Positions 47,194-48,422 of a DNA stretch of 48,422 nucleotides are shown in pieces. The DNA comes from Halocafeteria seosinensis (Eukaryota). The notes under the pieces were generated by a model. That model did not search any database and was not told the DNA's origin. It saw only the letters and a list, made by a program, of their open reading frames with translations. The stretch is taken from positions 62,001 through 110,422 of the forward strand of contig LVLI01000234.1 in the NCBI GenBank assembly GCA_001687465.1. The letters are read 5' to 3'. A program made the translations under genes and the position numbers. Every line of letters begins with the position of its first letter. The first letter of the stretch is position 1.

Positions 47194-48422
47194 TCAAGGA
47201 ATTTTGAAGACATCCTTGAGCTTCTTCATACAAAGCCAATCTTCTTTTGCCATCACATCGCGGAAATTTTCCTTCACACAATCAATAGTTTCCCGCGAAA
47301 TATGGCTGTAGAGCATATGTTTCTCAGTGAAGTGTCTCCCCGCTTGTACAGCACGTTGATCCTCATTCATGGGCTCTATTCGGGCGGCAACAGGAGGGTC
47401 GCCAGCAGCACATTGCTCAACAGGTTTATGCTCATGCTCCATACTAGTCACACGTCCTAGATCAAGCACCATGGGCATTCCCTCAGGTGTTTCACCTGCT
47501 ATCACGCAGAGAGGTGTTTCAATGCGCAATTTTCCAGCAACCACTTCCACGCCTAGAACCAAGGGATTTCTGTTGTTGAAAATCTTCACGATCTTGCACG
47601 CAGCCGGAAATACGGCCAAGTCGCTCAGCGATTTCTGTTTCTCTTCTCGTACCTGCTCAATGTGGTTTGTAAACTCATCGGTAAGATGATAAATAATATC
47701 TGCGGAGAATATTTTTATTCCATTCTCTTCCGCATACTGTCGCGCCTCCGCGCTGATCTTTACATCAAAGGCTAGGATGACTGCGTACTCAGGTTTCCTT
47801 TCCAACATGGCGCACGCTTCTTTGACGTTTTTCTTGTGCACAGTACCAAGGTTGACTCCTGCTACTGGGATTGGAGGATCCATCGTCTTCAAGTGGTGAA
47901 TCAATGCCTCGAGAGACCCAAGAGTGGATGCCTGTACAAATACTCCAATGGAATCGCGATGCATGTTTTCCATCAACTCCTCATAATCCTTCATCACTTC
48001 TTCTTTCAGCTGTTCTTCTTCATCCTCCGAGTCCAAGACAAACAACTGAGTTCCTGCAATCGCCTTTTCCAGCGTATGGCCATGAGAAGCGATCTTCACT
48101 CCTTTCGCAGCCTCTACTCGACTATGACGGGCGAAATCCGATTTCACTCGAATTTCTTTGCCTTCAGCTGGAGTAAGCAGTGCCCTTACCGGGGCAACAA
48201 TAGGACCATTCATACCACACACCACGATATTGTCTCCTTCATTCAAGGCTCCATTAACAAGAACGACATCGATAGTGGATCCCAGTCCCTCAAAAGTGTT
48301 GACCTCGAGCACAGTTCCCATTGGAAAGTCCATGTACATCATACGCTTTCCCATAAGCTGTTGCGTTAACTTGATCATCAGCATGAGTAAGTCGGGAATG
48401 CCTTCTCCTGTCATAGCAGACG
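47194..48422 (-). CDS. EIF5B: Translation initiation factor eIF5B, 3' part (5' end outside the window)
   Basis: SAMTGEGIPDLL, TVLEV..EGLGSTIDVVLVNG, VQASTLGSLEAL, ILAFDV, IFSADIIYHL, AVFP and SHISRETID..K..FR. Confidence 0.97.
   Translation of the reverse strand, partial: SAMTGEGIPDLLMLMIKLTQQLMGKRMMYMDFPMGTVLEVNTFEGLGSTIDVVLVNGALNEGDNIVVCGMNGPIVAPVRALLTPAEGKEIRVKSDFARHSRVEAAKGVKIASHGHTLEKAIAGTQLFVLDSEDEEEQLKEEVMKDYEELMENMHRDSIGVFVQASTLGSLEALIHHLKTMDPPIPVAGVNLGTVHKKNVKEACAMLERKPEYAVILAFDVKISAEARQYAEENGIKIFSADIIYHLTDEFTNHIEQVREEKQKSLSDLAVFPAACKIVKIFNNRNPLVLGVEVVAGKLRIETPLCVIAGETPEGMPMVLDLGRVTSMEHEHKPVEQCAAGDPPVAARIEPMNEDQRAVQAGRHFTEKHMLYSHISRETIDCVKENFRDVMAKEDWLCMKKLKDVFKIP

Noticed and set aside
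1..48422. Alternative genetic code or stop-codon readthrough to explain fragmented ORFs
   Set aside because: Every break in the conserved genes that I traced is resolved by canonical GT-AG introns under the standard code.

Overview
Compact, gene-dense eukaryotic (protist-like) genomic DNA with many short GT-AG introns, mostly about 60-100 nt. Most ORF-track entries are therefore exon fragments or antisense shadows. By hand-splicing I can support 17 protein-coding genes: GFA/CENP-V-like; two tandem ankyrin paralogs; CCDC137-like; coiled-coil+FHA; TBC1D22/Gyp1-like Rab-GAP; SUT/SLC45-like MFS transporter; Gly-rich GLUG-like beta-helix/mucin protein; a DEDD exonuclease-YbaK-Mut7-C fusion; a giant coiled-coil protein; an N-myristoylated ankyrin protein; a Crinkler-like NTPase+REase effector; an AAA ATPase; an ankyrin-FN3-RING E3; Apc13-like (absent from the ORF track); CCA-adding enzyme; and GNL1. 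The 3' part of an 18th gene, eIF5B, runs off the window end. The most unusual area is an accessory island at about 29.9-35.7 kb. It holds short (TG)n-tailed, TSD-flanked, 5'-truncated retroposon-like copies inserted at similar target sites, a frameshifted LamG+sialate O-acetylesterase-like relic of probable foreign origin, a degenerate 52-bp repeat array and the Crinkler-like toxin gene. A second repeat/hairpin patch lies at 22.4-23.2 kb. I found no tRNA, rRNA or CRISPR. All family calls come from motif recognition by eye, not from database searches, and the organism cannot be named from this window.
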